This document shows, piece after piece, positions 28,188 to 37,867 of a stretch of 64,000 nt of DNA. Position 1 is the first letter of the stretch. Each line of letters begins with the position of its first letter. Below the pieces are notes generated by a model. The model was not told where the DNA came from, did not search any database, and saw nothing but the letters and a program-made list of their open reading frames with translations. Both the position numbers and the translations under genes were made by a program. The stretch comes from Gemmatimonadota bacterium (lineage in GTDB: Bacteria; Gemmatimonadota; Gemmatimonadetes; Gemmatimonadales; GWC2-71-9), in NCBI GenBank assembly GCA_039588335.1, contig JBDGZZ010000022.1:1963-65962 (forward strand). The letters are read 5' to 3'.

Positions 28188-29822
28188 TCAGGGTAACGCG
28201 GCGAGTACGCTCTCGAGACCTTCTGCCGCACTCGTTCCCAGATTGACGCGTAAAACTCTTCGCTCTCTCTGAACCAGCGCGCTGTAATCCCCAAGAGCCT
28301 GTGCACTTATCAACCGCTTGAACGTGTAATCGGTTTCGGGAACTGCGACGTCCTGGTTGGGCTCGTCGATTAGTTGCAGGAAGTGGCCGGTGTTCGGCCC
28401 GCCCTTGTGCAGCTGTCCGGTGGAGTGTAGGAAGCGAGGTCCGTAACCAGTCGTCGTGGCCACTCCCATCAGAGCGCCCAGTTTGGCCCTTAATTCCTGT
28501 AGTGCCTTCGTAGTGGCCGCATCTGCCGCGAGGTATGCCTGAACTGCCACATAGTCACCGGGCGCGGCCTGGGCCCAGTCGGAGAGCTGGCGGCTCAGCT
28601 CCTCCCGTCTACTGGCTGAGACGGGTTCTGCGACCGTGGAAGAGGCTCCCTCGGTGCTCTTCTCCATGGCCTGACGGGCGAGCTCTTTTGCCAGTTGAAC
28701 GTCGGGCTGGTCAAACGGGTTGATGTCGAGGATTGCTCCGGCAGCCGCCACGGCCATTTCCCAACGGAACATCTCCTGCCCCAGATCGCTCGTGTCGCCC
28801 AGCTCAATCTTGATGACGGGATGACCAGCACGCTCGAGTGCCTCAGTATCGTTCCAGTTCGTGGCCTCGTCTTCTGCTAGTGATATAAGCACGAAGAACC
28901 GGTCATCGCCGTACTTCAGCGACACTCGTTGCGGCTCACTTTCCACCGGCAGGATGCCCTTTCCGTTCTTCCCCGTGCTTTCAGCAATCAGTTGCTCGAT
29001 CCAGGCTGGGAACGCAGTCAGCGAAGGGGAGGTTAGGAAGGTCACCTTATCCAAGCCTATGTGGGCCAATTCTCCCAGCGCTGCCCCAAGCTGAAGGCCC
29101 GGGCTATCCGGCGCTCCAGCCATTGCAGCACCGGCCTTGAGCAATCGTTCGATGTCGCCGCCTATGAGTGCGGCGGGGACCAAACCGAACGGTGTGAGCG
29201 CCGAGTAACGCCCGCCGACGTCCGAGGGAGCATTCACAACGTCTCTGAACTGCCGCTCTTCGCCCAACCGCTGCAGAGGAGTACCGGCATCGGTGATGGC
29301 TACGAAGTGGCGTCCTGGAGTATTGGTAGTACGGCTAACTCGATTCCAGAAAGTGCGATAGAGTGACAATGTCTCCAGCGTCGTGCCCGATTTGCTCGAG
29401 ACCACGAAGAGGGTGCGTTCGAGATCGATGCGGCTCTCCGTAGCGACTACGGCACGTGGGTGAGTACTGTCGAGCACAACAAGCTCGGGGTAGCCAGATG
29501 CAGCACTGAGCGTATGAGCGAACACCTCAGGTGCCAGGCTCGATCCGCCCATGCCCAAAACCACGACGTGCTGCATTCCGTCGGCTAGGACCGCATCTGC
29601 CAGAGTCTCAAACTCGGCTACCCGCGGCAGCATTGTCTCGGGGAGGTCCAGCCATCCCAGGCGGTCAACCAGTTCCGGAATGGGTTGGGGGGACCAAACC
29701 GTGTGGTCTCGCTGCCGGATTCGGCGCTCCAAGCCTTCAGCCTGCCACATGCCCATGCGCCGGTCCACCGACTGCATATGTGGACCGAGATTCAACGTTT
29801 GAAGGTCAACTCTGGGTGACAT
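28188..29822 (-). CDS. pgi: glucose-6-phosphate isomerase (PGI domain of the transaldolase/PGI type)
   Basis: SIS-domain motif VVVLGMGGSSLAPEV, 544 aa, first gene of the pgi-gnd-zwf-pgl string. Confidence 0.85.
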   Translation of the reverse strand: MSPRVDLQTLNLGPHMQSVDRRMGMWQAEGLERRIRQRDHTVWSPQPIPELVDRLGWLDLPETMLPRVAEFETLADAVLADGMQHVVVLGMGGSSLAPEVFAHTLSAASGYPELVVLDSTHPRAVVATESRIDLERTLFVVSSKSGTTLETLSLYRTFWNRVSRTTNTPGRHFVAITDAGTPLQRLGEERQFRDVVNAPSDVGGRYSALTPFGLVPAALIGGDIERLLKAGAAMAGAPDSPGLQLGAALGELAHIGLDKVTFLTSPSLTAFPAWIEQLIAESTGKNGKGILPVESEPQRVSLKYGDDRFFVLISLAEDEATNWNDTEALERAGHPVIKIELGDTSDLGQEMFRWEMAVAAAGAILDINPFDQPDVQLAKELARQAMEKSTEGASSTVAEPVSASRREELSRQLSDWAQAAPGDYVAVQAYLAADAATTKALQELRAKLGALMGVATTTGYGPRFLHSTGQLHKGGPNTGHFLQLIDEPNQDVAVPETDYTFKRLISAQALGDYSALVQRERRVLRVNLGTSAAEGLESVLAALP

Positions 29823-30013
29823 GGGAGTAGCTCCAGGTACTGTAGACTCGATCCGTTTCAGTGGCCCTATAGTCGCCTAGTTTGTGGCGCCGTGCCAGTA
29901 TTGAGACGGGCTCCTGGCTACGACCTGGAATCGATGGACATTCGTCGGTAGATTCTTGCGCGTCGGAAGGACACCGATGCGCATACGTGACCGCTCGAAT
30001 GATGGAGACATAA

Positions 30014-30511
30014 ATGCCAACAAAAGCTGTTGAGGCTGCAATCAACGATCAGATTGCGATGGAATTCGAATCAGCCTATGTGTACCTGGCGATGGCAGCC
30101 TATTTCGATGTGAACAACCTTCCGGGCTTCTCGCACTGGATGCGGATGCAGCATCAAGAGGAGACGGCCCACGCGATGAAACTGTTCGATTTCGTGCTCG
30201 ATAACGGTGGGCATGTTGCACTCAAGGCCCTGGCGAAACCGCCCGTACAGTTCAAGAGCCCACTGCATGTGATGAAGCAGAGCCTCGAGCACGAGCAGAA
30301 GGTTACGACTGCGATCACCAAGCTGTATGAACTGGCTGTGAAGGAGAAGGACTACCCGGCTCAGATCCTGCTGCAGTGGTTCATCGCCGAGCAGACCGAA
30401 GAGGAGAAAACGGTGGGCGACATCATCGCCCAGATGGACATGGTCGGCGACAGTGGGTCCGGCTTGTTGCTCATCGACCAACAACTGGCCGGCAGGACTG
30501 TCGAAGAGTAG
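30014..30511 (+). CDS. ferritin
   Basis: INDQIAMEFESAYVYLAMAAYF...QHQEETAHAMKLFDF ferroxidase-centre pattern; 165 aa. Confidence 0.9.
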   Translation: MPTKAVEAAINDQIAMEFESAYVYLAMAAYFDVNNLPGFSHWMRMQHQEETAHAMKLFDFVLDNGGHVALKALAKPPVQFKSPLHVMKQSLEHEQKVTTAITKLYELAVKEKDYPAQILLQWFIAEQTEEEKTVGDIIAQMDMVGDSGSGLLLIDQQLAGRTVEE

Positions 30512-30525
30512 ACAGCCAACCGGAT

Positions 30526-30555
30526 CCCGCGGCGCCCTGATAGAGGTGCCGCGGG
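30526..30555. terminator. GC-rich hairpin between convergent ferritin and CBS genes
   Basis: CCCGCGGC (30526-30533) and GCCGCGGG (30548-30555) form an 8-bp stem with a 14-nt loop. There is no clear U tract. Confidence 0.4.
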
Positions 30556-30560
30556 AGCCG

Positions 30561-30995
30561 TCACCTCACGTTGAAGATGTAGCTGTTCAGGTACTGGATG
30601 GTGGCTTCCTGGTCCTCGACCTGAAAAGCCAGCAGGTCGCCACTAGTAACGATGCCGGCCAACCCATTGTCGTCGGCTACCGGAAGATGCCGGATTCGCT
30701 TGGCAGTCATGACAGCCCCGCATTCCTCGAGCTTGGCCTCCGGTAAGCAGCTTACTACGGGTGCCGTCATCACTTCTCGAAGGGTAGTGGCTGCCGGATC
30801 CCGTCCCTGAGTGATAACTCGGCGCAGCACGTCCCGCTCGGTGAACATTCCGACCATTTCACCGTCGTCGGTAACGACGATACCGCCTATTCCCCGATCG
30901 TTCATGAGGTGGGCTGCGTTGAGAACGGACTCGTCCGCAACCATTGAGATTACTTCCCGGCCCTTGCGGTCCAAGATGTTGTCTGCGGTGGGCAT
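30561..30995 (-). CDS. CBS-pair domain protein
   Basis: 144 aa with two CBS-like repeats (VISM...VLNAAHLMNDRGIGGIVV; VVSC...LEECGAVMTAKRIRHLPV). Confidence 0.85.
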   Translation of the reverse strand: MPTADNILDRKGREVISMVADESVLNAAHLMNDRGIGGIVVTDDGEMVGMFTERDVLRRVITQGRDPAATTLREVMTAPVVSCLPEAKLEECGAVMTAKRIRHLPVADDNGLAGIVTSGDLLAFQVEDQEATIQYLNSYIFNVR

Positions 30996-31054
30996 ACTAC
31001 CTCCACTTGAGGGCGACTATTCCATTCTAAGACGCTGAGGGGAATGGCGCCACT

Positions 31055-32335
31055 CTACGACAAGCTTTCGATCACTTCTGTGGCCCGATCTACCTGCTCG
31101 AGCGTGTTATAGATATGAGGCGAGAGGCGCAATCCCGTGAAATCTCCGCCCATGGCCGCTCCAGCAATGTCGTATTCCGAGTAAAGCGTCCGGAACAGTT
31201 CGCTCGTGTCCATTGACGGTGGAGCGAAGACGACTACACCTGCGCTCAACTCCGGCTCCATGGGAGTGTGAAAGCTGATTCCAGGGATTCTCGCTCTAAG
31301 GCCCTCTTTCAGGGCGGCCGCCAGTGTCCTGACCCGGTCTTCAACCTGCCCGGCACCGATGGTGGTGTGAAACGTTACGGCCGTTCCCATCGCGGAAACT
31401 GCTGCGTCGTCTCTCTGGCCCAGATTCTCGAACTTGCGAGCTCCATTCTCGAGCGCACCCTCCCAGCCTACTCCGACGTCGCTGGCCCAAAGTTCTTCGA
31501 TCCGGGCACGCTTTACGTATAGAAGTCCGGCCTCCTTGGGACCGACGAGCCACTTGTGAGAGCTGCCGGTGTAGGAGTCACAACCCGTTTGGCGCAGGTC
31601 TACCTGAATTGAACCGAAGGTCTGGGCTCCGTCGACCAGAGTGAAGACACCGTTTTCACCCGCCAAGTGACATAGTTGCCTTGCGGGAAGGGCGACACCT
31701 GAGACGTTGGAAACGTGGCTGAATGCCAGGACCCGGGTACGCGGCGTGATTGCCTCGGCAAATGGCCGGGTCAGATCCTCGTCCGACTGAGGTTGGGGCG
31801 GAGTCCCTACTCTTCGTACCGTGAACCCTAGTCGACGGGACCTGACGTCCCAGGCGATGTTGTTTGTCGGGTGATTCTGATCCCAGATCACGACTTCATC
31901 TCCCGGTCCCAGATCGAGTCCGTTGACAATGGTGTTGTTTCCCTCGCTGGTGTTCCGCGTGATGGCCACCTCGTCAGCATCCACACTCAGGTACTCGGCC
32001 AGGGCTCTTCTGGCTTCCTCCCGCAGCTCGCCGAATTTGGCCCGATTCTGAAACGACGCATCAGAATCCACGTCGCGAGTCAGTTTCGTAACAGAGTCGA
32101 TAACGGGGTAGGGAGACGGGCACAGGTTGGCGGCATTCATGAGGATCAGGCCCGATCTCAACGGGAACTGTCGCCGAACGAGCTGCCAGAACCCCTCGTC
32201 TGCTGTCGTTGGTGTGAGGAGAGGTGACGGCCGCGATTCTCCATCACGAAGCTGGAGGGTACTGGGGATGGCAGCTGCCGCAGTCACGCCGCCCGCCATT
32301 TGTCTCAGGAACCGGCGCCGATCGGGAGAGTGCAT
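31055..32335 (-). CDS. class V aminotransferase-fold PLP enzyme with twin-arginine signal
   Basis: MHSPDRRRFLRQMAGGVTAAAAIPS Tat-type N-terminus. PLP lysine context YTGSSHKWLVGPKEAG. Confidence 0.8.
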   Translation of the reverse strand: MHSPDRRRFLRQMAGGVTAAAAIPSTLQLRDGESRPSPLLTPTTADEGFWQLVRRQFPLRSGLILMNAANLCPSPYPVIDSVTKLTRDVDSDASFQNRAKFGELREEARRALAEYLSVDADEVAITRNTSEGNNTIVNGLDLGPGDEVVIWDQNHPTNNIAWDVRSRRLGFTVRRVGTPPQPQSDEDLTRPFAEAITPRTRVLAFSHVSNVSGVALPARQLCHLAGENGVFTLVDGAQTFGSIQVDLRQTGCDSYTGSSHKWLVGPKEAGLLYVKRARIEELWASDVGVGWEGALENGARKFENLGQRDDAAVSAMGTAVTFHTTIGAGQVEDRVRTLAAALKEGLRARIPGISFHTPMEPELSAGVVVFAPPSMDTSELFRTLYSEYDIAGAAMGGDFTGLRLSPHIYNTLEQVDRATEVIESLS

Positions 32336-32526
32336 TGGGTTACCTCCGGGATCTGATGGCCGCAGCTACTCGAGCGTCAGGGCAATTATACGGGATGTGG
32401 GGCGGAGCAGAAAGCAGATATACCGCGAATCGGAACTGGAGCCCACCGCGCTGCTTACGACCTGGTTGGCCCGCGGATAATTTTGTTGGCTAACTTCTGG
32501 ACAGGATCAACCCGAGGAACGCCACC

Positions 32527-33762
32527 ATGTACCGGACAATCCGTTCGCTGACCGTCACTGCGCTGTTGGGATCCCTTCTCATTACCGGAGCGGCCGCGGC
32601 ACAAGATGATGGCCGTCCAGTGGCACTGGTAGGTGCTACGATCATCGACCCGGTAGACGGCCATTCAATCGAGAGTGGTACGGTGGTAGTGGAACAGGGG
32701 AAGATCCGCAGCGTGTCGGAAGGGCAGAATGTACCACCTAACGCGCGAGTGATCGATGTGTCCGGTCGCTTTCTGTTGCCGGGGCTGATCGACGCTCACG
32801 TTCACATTGGCACCTTCGAAGCCGCTCGTCGCGCGCTGCGATCAGGCGTTACCACGGCGCGAAGCATGGGCGTCGGTTTCGTCGATGTGGGACTCAGGGA
32901 GTTGGCAGCCAAAGGTGCAATAGAGTCTCCTGAGTTGGTGGCATCCGGCTACCACGTCCGGCCCACCCCGGCGGACGGTTTCTTCATCGATGAACCGGGT
33001 CTGTCCGACCTGCTCGAGACTGGGGTTCACGGCCAGGAGGACCTGCGCCGGATGGTGCGCGCGATGATCTCGCGTGGTGTAGGTGTGATCAAGGTGAATG
33101 CGACGGCGAGGGCGGGGCTGCCCGAGACCGATCCACGTGAGCCGTACTACGATGAGGCTGAACTCCGAGCAGTTGTAGAGGAAGCCGCTCGGGCTGGCCT
33201 TTCCGTAGCGGCTCATGCCCACGGCGACGAGGGGGCGCGCGCTGCTGTTCTTGCCGGCGTCAGGAGCATCGAACACGGTACTTACCTGAGCGATGAAACC
33301 CTCGATCTGATGGTGTCGAGGGGTACCTATCTGGTTCCCACGATAGCCGTGGTAGCCGACCTGACTCTTCCCGGAGGCGACTACGACAATGCCATGCTCC
33401 AGGTTCGGGGAAGGCACATGCTGCCGCGAGTTCGAGACATGGCAGCCAGGGCGCACGGCAAGGGAGTCCGAATCGCGGCCGCTACTGACACCGGCTACGG
33501 TCCGGAGAGCGTGCTGCGTCTCAGCCACGAGTTGATGGAGTTGGCCGACGCCGGCCTTACCCCACTGCAGGTCCTCCAGTCAGCCACCACGGTTGCCGCG
33601 GAACTTCTGGGTGTGGCTGATCATACAGGAAGGCTGGTCGCCGGATACGATGGCGACCTCTTGCTCCTCGACCGAAACCCCCTCTGGGAAGCAGGAGCCT
33701 ACCAGGACGTGCTGTTGGTCATGGTGGATGGTCAGATCGCCCTGAACCGGCTGGAGTGGTAA
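32527..33762 (+). CDS. secreted amidohydrolase-family metal-dependent hydrolase
   Basis: Signal peptide; LPGLIDAHVHIG (HxH) metal motif; AHAHGDEG. Confidence 0.85.
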   Translation: MYRTIRSLTVTALLGSLLITGAAAAQDDGRPVALVGATIIDPVDGHSIESGTVVVEQGKIRSVSEGQNVPPNARVIDVSGRFLLPGLIDAHVHIGTFEAARRALRSGVTTARSMGVGFVDVGLRELAAKGAIESPELVASGYHVRPTPADGFFIDEPGLSDLLETGVHGQEDLRRMVRAMISRGVGVIKVNATARAGLPETDPREPYYDEAELRAVVEEAARAGLSVAAHAHGDEGARAAVLAGVRSIEHGTYLSDETLDLMVSRGTYLVPTIAVVADLTLPGGDYDNAMLQVRGRHMLPRVRDMAARAHGKGVRIAAATDTGYGPESVLRLSHELMELADAGLTPLQVLQSATTVAAELLGVADHTGRLVAGYDGDLLLLDRNPLWEAGAYQDVLLVMVDGQIALNRLEW

Positions 33763-33985
33763 AACGACCTCCTAAGTGCCTAGTACTAGGTAGTTTGAGG
33801 CGAACGTGAAGGACCCTTAACTTTTCAGGCCAATCCACACGCCCGGGCCAGGCTTAGTTATTTTCTTTAGTTGAGTTAACCGAAGGCCGGGGCTCAGGCA
33901 GCCTGGTTGATGGCAGCCTGAGGTCCCCGAGAGGATTCAGGTCGATTCAGGCAATTGAAACGCAAGACTCTCATGAAGGCATAAG

Positions 33986-35902
33986 ATGACCACGACAACT
34001 CCTGCCCCGAGGACGGATTCGTTGCCCAAGATAGCTACGAAGAGGAAGAGACCGAGAGTCATCAAGGTAAAAGAGCACACGGTAGAGGTCGTGTCGGACT
34101 CTGGTGAAGGCGCACAGAAGTGTAGCCAGATCTTCGCTTCCGTCTCGGCCAAGATGGGCAACGGTGTCTGGACTGTTGAGATAATACCGGCGGAGATCCA
34201 GCCGCCACCGAGGACCCCGACCAGTGCCAGCGGTAACCGAATTCGCATCGGGGCCGGCCCGGTCACCAATTGGGGAGACGCTGCCAACCTCGTCATGGCG
34301 TTCAACGAGCAAGTGTTGCTCAACCGACACCGTCTCGATGCGCTCGCCGAGGATGCGATCATCCTGATCGACGATATGTGGCTGAAGCACGATGACCCGG
34401 ACATCCGCAAGCAGTGGGAGGAAGCGATCGAGGAGATGTCCGGACGTAACTACCGGTTCGTGATGGTGCCTCTGGAGGAGCAATCTCTCACAATCGTTGA
34501 GAATCCACGCCGGGGCAAGAACATGTTCGCACTCGGTGTGCTCGCCGCAATCTACTCCCGCGACTTGGACAAGATCCGCGACTTGATTGCTCTCCAGTTC
34601 AAGCGCAAGGCCAAAGTAATCTACGAGAATAACGTGGCGCTGCTGGAGTTGGGGCACAAATGGGCGAAGGAAAACCTCGACTTCCGAGTCGAGGTTCCCA
34701 CCAAAGAGTCTGATCGCCCGATGGTGGTGATGAACGGCAACCAGGCGGTCGGGTTCGGCGCCATAGCTGCTGGCATGGAGCTGTGCTCCATGTACCCGAT
34801 CACGCCGGCTACATCGGCGTCGCACCACCTGAGCGACATCTTCGAGCAGTTTGGCGGGGTCGTACACCAGGCCGAAGACGAGATCGCGGCGGCCGGCGTG
34901 GCGATCGGCGCGTCGTTTGCCGGTAAGGTTGCGTTTACCATCACATCAGGACCAGGCATGGCGTTGAAGACCGAGTTCCTCGGACTAGCCATCATGACCG
35001 AGGTCCCGCTGGTGGTAGTCGATGTGCAGCGCGGAGGCCCAAGTACCGGGCTCCCGACCAAGATTGAGCAAGGTGACCTGCTGTCCTCCATCTTCGGTCA
35101 GCCGGGCGATGCTCCGCACGTGGTAATGGCTCCGGCAACGATGGAAGAGTGTTTCCTATGTATGACCACTGCCCGGCGGATTGCAGAGGCATTCCGCTGC
35201 GTGGTCATAGTGCTGTCGGATGCCAATCTGGCTACGGGCGTGCAGCCGTTTCCACGGCCCGACCTCAAGTCGGAGTGGATGGCAGCCCCACTCGATCTGG
35301 CTCGGGTGCCCGAGGGCACGCTTCCCTACGATTGGGATACGCAGCTCGGTCTGTCCCAGCGGGTCATTCCGGGACAGCCGGGCGGGATGCACATTGTGAC
35401 CGGGCTCTCCCACGATGAGAACAGCAAGATCGGATACAGCCCCGACGTGCATGAGCGGGGCTGTCAGATGAGAGCTCGCAAGATGGCGGTATTCCAGCAG
35501 ACCCTGAAAAAGCCGGTGGTGCATGGAGACGAGTCAGGGGACCTGCTGGTAGTTGGATGGGGGAGCACTTGGGGGGCGATCGAGGAAGCGGTGGACCGGA
35601 GTCGTGAGGAGGGTTTGTCAGTTTCCTCACTTCACCTGCGTTTCCTCTCTCCGCTGGAGCCTGGCCTCAAGGACATCTTCAGCCGATTCAAGAAAGTGAT
35701 GACGGTTGAGGTCAATTACAGCGACGACCCGGGCGACCCCTTCATCACGGATGAGAATAGGCGCCGGGGCCAGCTCAGCTGGCTGCTAAGGGCCAGCACG
35801 CTTGTCGATGTTGATTGCTGGACCAGGGTTCCGGGCCAGCCGTTGCGTCCGGTTAACATTCTAGATGCCATTCGTCGTCACATGCCGAATGGGGTGAAAT
35901 AA
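33986..35902 (+). CDS. korA: 2-oxoacid (2-oxoglutarate):ferredoxin oxidoreductase, fused gamma/alpha subunit
   Basis: 638 aa. SDSGEGAQ...AEIQPP gamma-type N-terminus followed by an alpha domain (MYPITPATSASHHL, GPGMALKTE, DVQRGGPSTGLPTK). Confidence 0.85.
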   Translation: MTTTTPAPRTDSLPKIATKRKRPRVIKVKEHTVEVVSDSGEGAQKCSQIFASVSAKMGNGVWTVEIIPAEIQPPPRTPTSASGNRIRIGAGPVTNWGDAANLVMAFNEQVLLNRHRLDALAEDAIILIDDMWLKHDDPDIRKQWEEAIEEMSGRNYRFVMVPLEEQSLTIVENPRRGKNMFALGVLAAIYSRDLDKIRDLIALQFKRKAKVIYENNVALLELGHKWAKENLDFRVEVPTKESDRPMVVMNGNQAVGFGAIAAGMELCSMYPITPATSASHHLSDIFEQFGGVVHQAEDEIAAAGVAIGASFAGKVAFTITSGPGMALKTEFLGLAIMTEVPLVVVDVQRGGPSTGLPTKIEQGDLLSSIFGQPGDAPHVVMAPATMEECFLCMTTARRIAEAFRCVVIVLSDANLATGVQPFPRPDLKSEWMAAPLDLARVPEGTLPYDWDTQLGLSQRVIPGQPGGMHIVTGLSHDENSKIGYSPDVHERGCQMRARKMAVFQQTLKKPVVHGDESGDLLVVGWGSTWGAIEEAVDRSREEGLSVSSLHLRFLSPLEPGLKDIFSRFKKVMTVEVNYSDDPGDPFITDENRRRGQLSWLLRASTLVDVDCWTRVPGQPLRPVNILDAIRRHMPNGVK

Positions 35903-36855
35903 TGACACAGACAGAGTGCTCGCTGCTGGGCTGCGGAGTAGACGAGGACCAGTGGTACTCGATGGACGATTACGAAGGTGCGGTTGCGCGCTGGTGCCCG
36001 GGATGTGGTGACCATGCAGTGCTGACGGCCGTACAACGCCTTCTCGAAGCCGAGCAGTTGGTGCCAGAGAAGACGGTGTTCGTATCGGGTATCGGTTGCT
36101 CGAGCCGCTTCCCACACTACCTGAAGACATATGGGTTCCACGGACTCCACGGCAGAGCGCTGCCGGTGGCAACGGGAGTCAAGCTGCGCCGTCCGGATCT
36201 TCAAGTATTTGCGGTCATGGGCGACGGGGATTGCTGCTCGATCGGTGCAGCTCACTGGATCCACACCGTGCGCTACAACCCCAACATGGTTGCCCTGATG
36301 CTGGACAACGGGGTATACGGTCTGACCAAGAACCAGACGTCACCAACTTCTCCGGAGGGCTATCCCAGCAACACGCAGCCACGCGGTGCGGTTCTGGAAC
36401 CGATGAACCCTATTGCGACAACGCTCGGAGTAACGAATGCGTCTTTCGTGGCTCAGACTGGCGACTGGATTCCAGATCACTTGTACGAGACCATCGCGGC
36501 CGGATATCGACACAAAGGCTTTTCGTTCATCCGAGTGCTGCAGCGGTGCCCGGCGTACACGACTCCCCTGTTCGAGGAGGCTGTGCGCAACCCCGAATTG
36601 GTGGAGTTGATGGTGCATCCTGACGGCATACCGGTCAACGGTCTGGAGCAGATCTACAAGAACCATGTACCACACGATCCATCTGATTTGCACAACGGTC
36701 AACGGCTGGCGGACTTCGATTCCAAGATCCGGCTGGGCCTGTTCTACCGAAACGAGAGCATTCCCCGCTACGAAGAGGTCCGGCACCAGGCGAACCGTAC
36801 CGCGGAGGAAAAGATACAGTTGCTGAATGCGGAGCTAGATCGATATGCCGTCTGA
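35902..36855 (+). CDS. korB: 2-oxoacid:ferredoxin oxidoreductase beta (TPP-binding) subunit
   Basis: WCPGCGDHAVL, GIGCSSRFP and GDGD motifs. The ATG overlaps the korA stop (TAATG). Confidence 0.85.
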   Translation: MTQTECSLLGCGVDEDQWYSMDDYEGAVARWCPGCGDHAVLTAVQRLLEAEQLVPEKTVFVSGIGCSSRFPHYLKTYGFHGLHGRALPVATGVKLRRPDLQVFAVMGDGDCCSIGAAHWIHTVRYNPNMVALMLDNGVYGLTKNQTSPTSPEGYPSNTQPRGAVLEPMNPIATTLGVTNASFVAQTGDWIPDHLYETIAAGYRHKGFSFIRVLQRCPAYTTPLFEEAVRNPELVELMVHPDGIPVNGLEQIYKNHVPHDPSDLHNGQRLADFDSKIRLGLFYRNESIPRYEEVRHQANRTAEEKIQLLNAELDRYAV

Positions 36856-37858
36856 CGAACGGACCGAATTGGCGATCAAGGCGCTGGCTGGGCAGACGCA
36901 AGGCTTCCGGTCGGCGCTCGCCACTACCATAGAACAGATTCGCAGTTTCTTGGCGTCGCACGGATCGGCCACTGACGGGAAGGCGGTCCGATTCATGACT
37001 GAACTGGGCCCTTTTGCCGAGGGACTGATCGATGCAGATAGATTCTCAGCGTTGTTCGCTGACAACCTGAAACTCGATACGGTCACACTCGACACCATCG
37101 GGAAAGCGCTGGATACGCTGACGGAACTCGCGGATCGCGGAGATGACATCTTCAAGGTCGATATAGAAAGCGGCGAGAGCCTCAGAGAAGGTGTCGCAGG
37201 CGCTCTGGATGATTGCGGCCGAGCATTTGGGGCGGCACGTGTGTTCGAGTTATCGAAGTTCGGCCGGTTTCCGGACAGCGAGCACGCCCGCTCACTTGGC
37301 TCTTTCCCGTTCCACCGGTGGAGCAGGGGTGAGCGAAGGCTCGCCCCTCCCTTGGTCGTAAGTGTCGACGGGAGCGATTTGCGGGCTGCAGGGCTGGCAG
37401 ATTTCATGGATGGCACGCAGAAGATAGTGCTCGTGGTAAGGGGGGAGTCGACTCCCGTGCCGCTAGTGCGCCTGATCACTCCAGGCGTGTTCGTACAACA
37501 GACAACCGAGCCGGGCGACATCAGTCGGCTGGCTGCCTGTGACGGACCGGGCGTGACAGCCATCGTTCCGGAGTCCGCCGCCCGCTTCGTTCATGACCCG
37601 TCCGTTGGTCGAGAAGCTGGAGAACGTCTCACTGTTTCGACGTTGCCAGAGGAGAGACGCAGGAAGCCGGTCGGTGGCGTGAGTGTCTCGCAGCAGTCCG
37701 AGGAGTTGCTCCAGTTGAAGGTGCTGTCGGGGCAGATGGGGGCAGCAGCTCAGGTTGGTACGGCCGAACCTGTGGGGGCAGTGAGTGCATCCGCCGATCC
37801 GGTGGACAAGTTGGCAGCCTGGCTCTTGAGTCAAGCCGACTTGAAGGACCTCGGTTAG
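36845..37858 (+). CDS. hypothetical soluble protein (337 aa) embedded between korB and rnfB
   Basis: The ATG overlaps the korB end by 11 nt, and the stop lies 9 nt before rnfB. Amino-acid composition is normal, whereas the antisense ORF 36835-37563 is S/P/A/R-biased. No recognisable motif and only 2 Cys. Confidence 0.6.
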   Translation: MPSDERTELAIKALAGQTQGFRSALATTIEQIRSFLASHGSATDGKAVRFMTELGPFAEGLIDADRFSALFADNLKLDTVTLDTIGKALDTLTELADRGDDIFKVDIESGESLREGVAGALDDCGRAFGAARVFELSKFGRFPDSEHARSLGSFPFHRWSRGERRLAPPLVVSVDGSDLRAAGLADFMDGTQKIVLVVRGESTPVPLVRLITPGVFVQQTTEPGDISRLAACDGPGVTAIVPESAARFVHDPSVGREAGERLTVSTLPEERRRKPVGGVSVSQQSEELLQLKVLSGQMGAAAQVGTAEPVGAVSASADPVDKLAAWLLSQADLKDLG

Positions 37859-37867
37859 TCTGAGCCA

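Noticed and set aside
36835-37563. 242-aa minus-strand ORF opposite the unknown 337-aa gene
   Set aside because: It is extremely Ser/Pro/Ala/Arg-biased, and it would break the otherwise perfectly coupled + strand operon. The + strand ORF is preferred.
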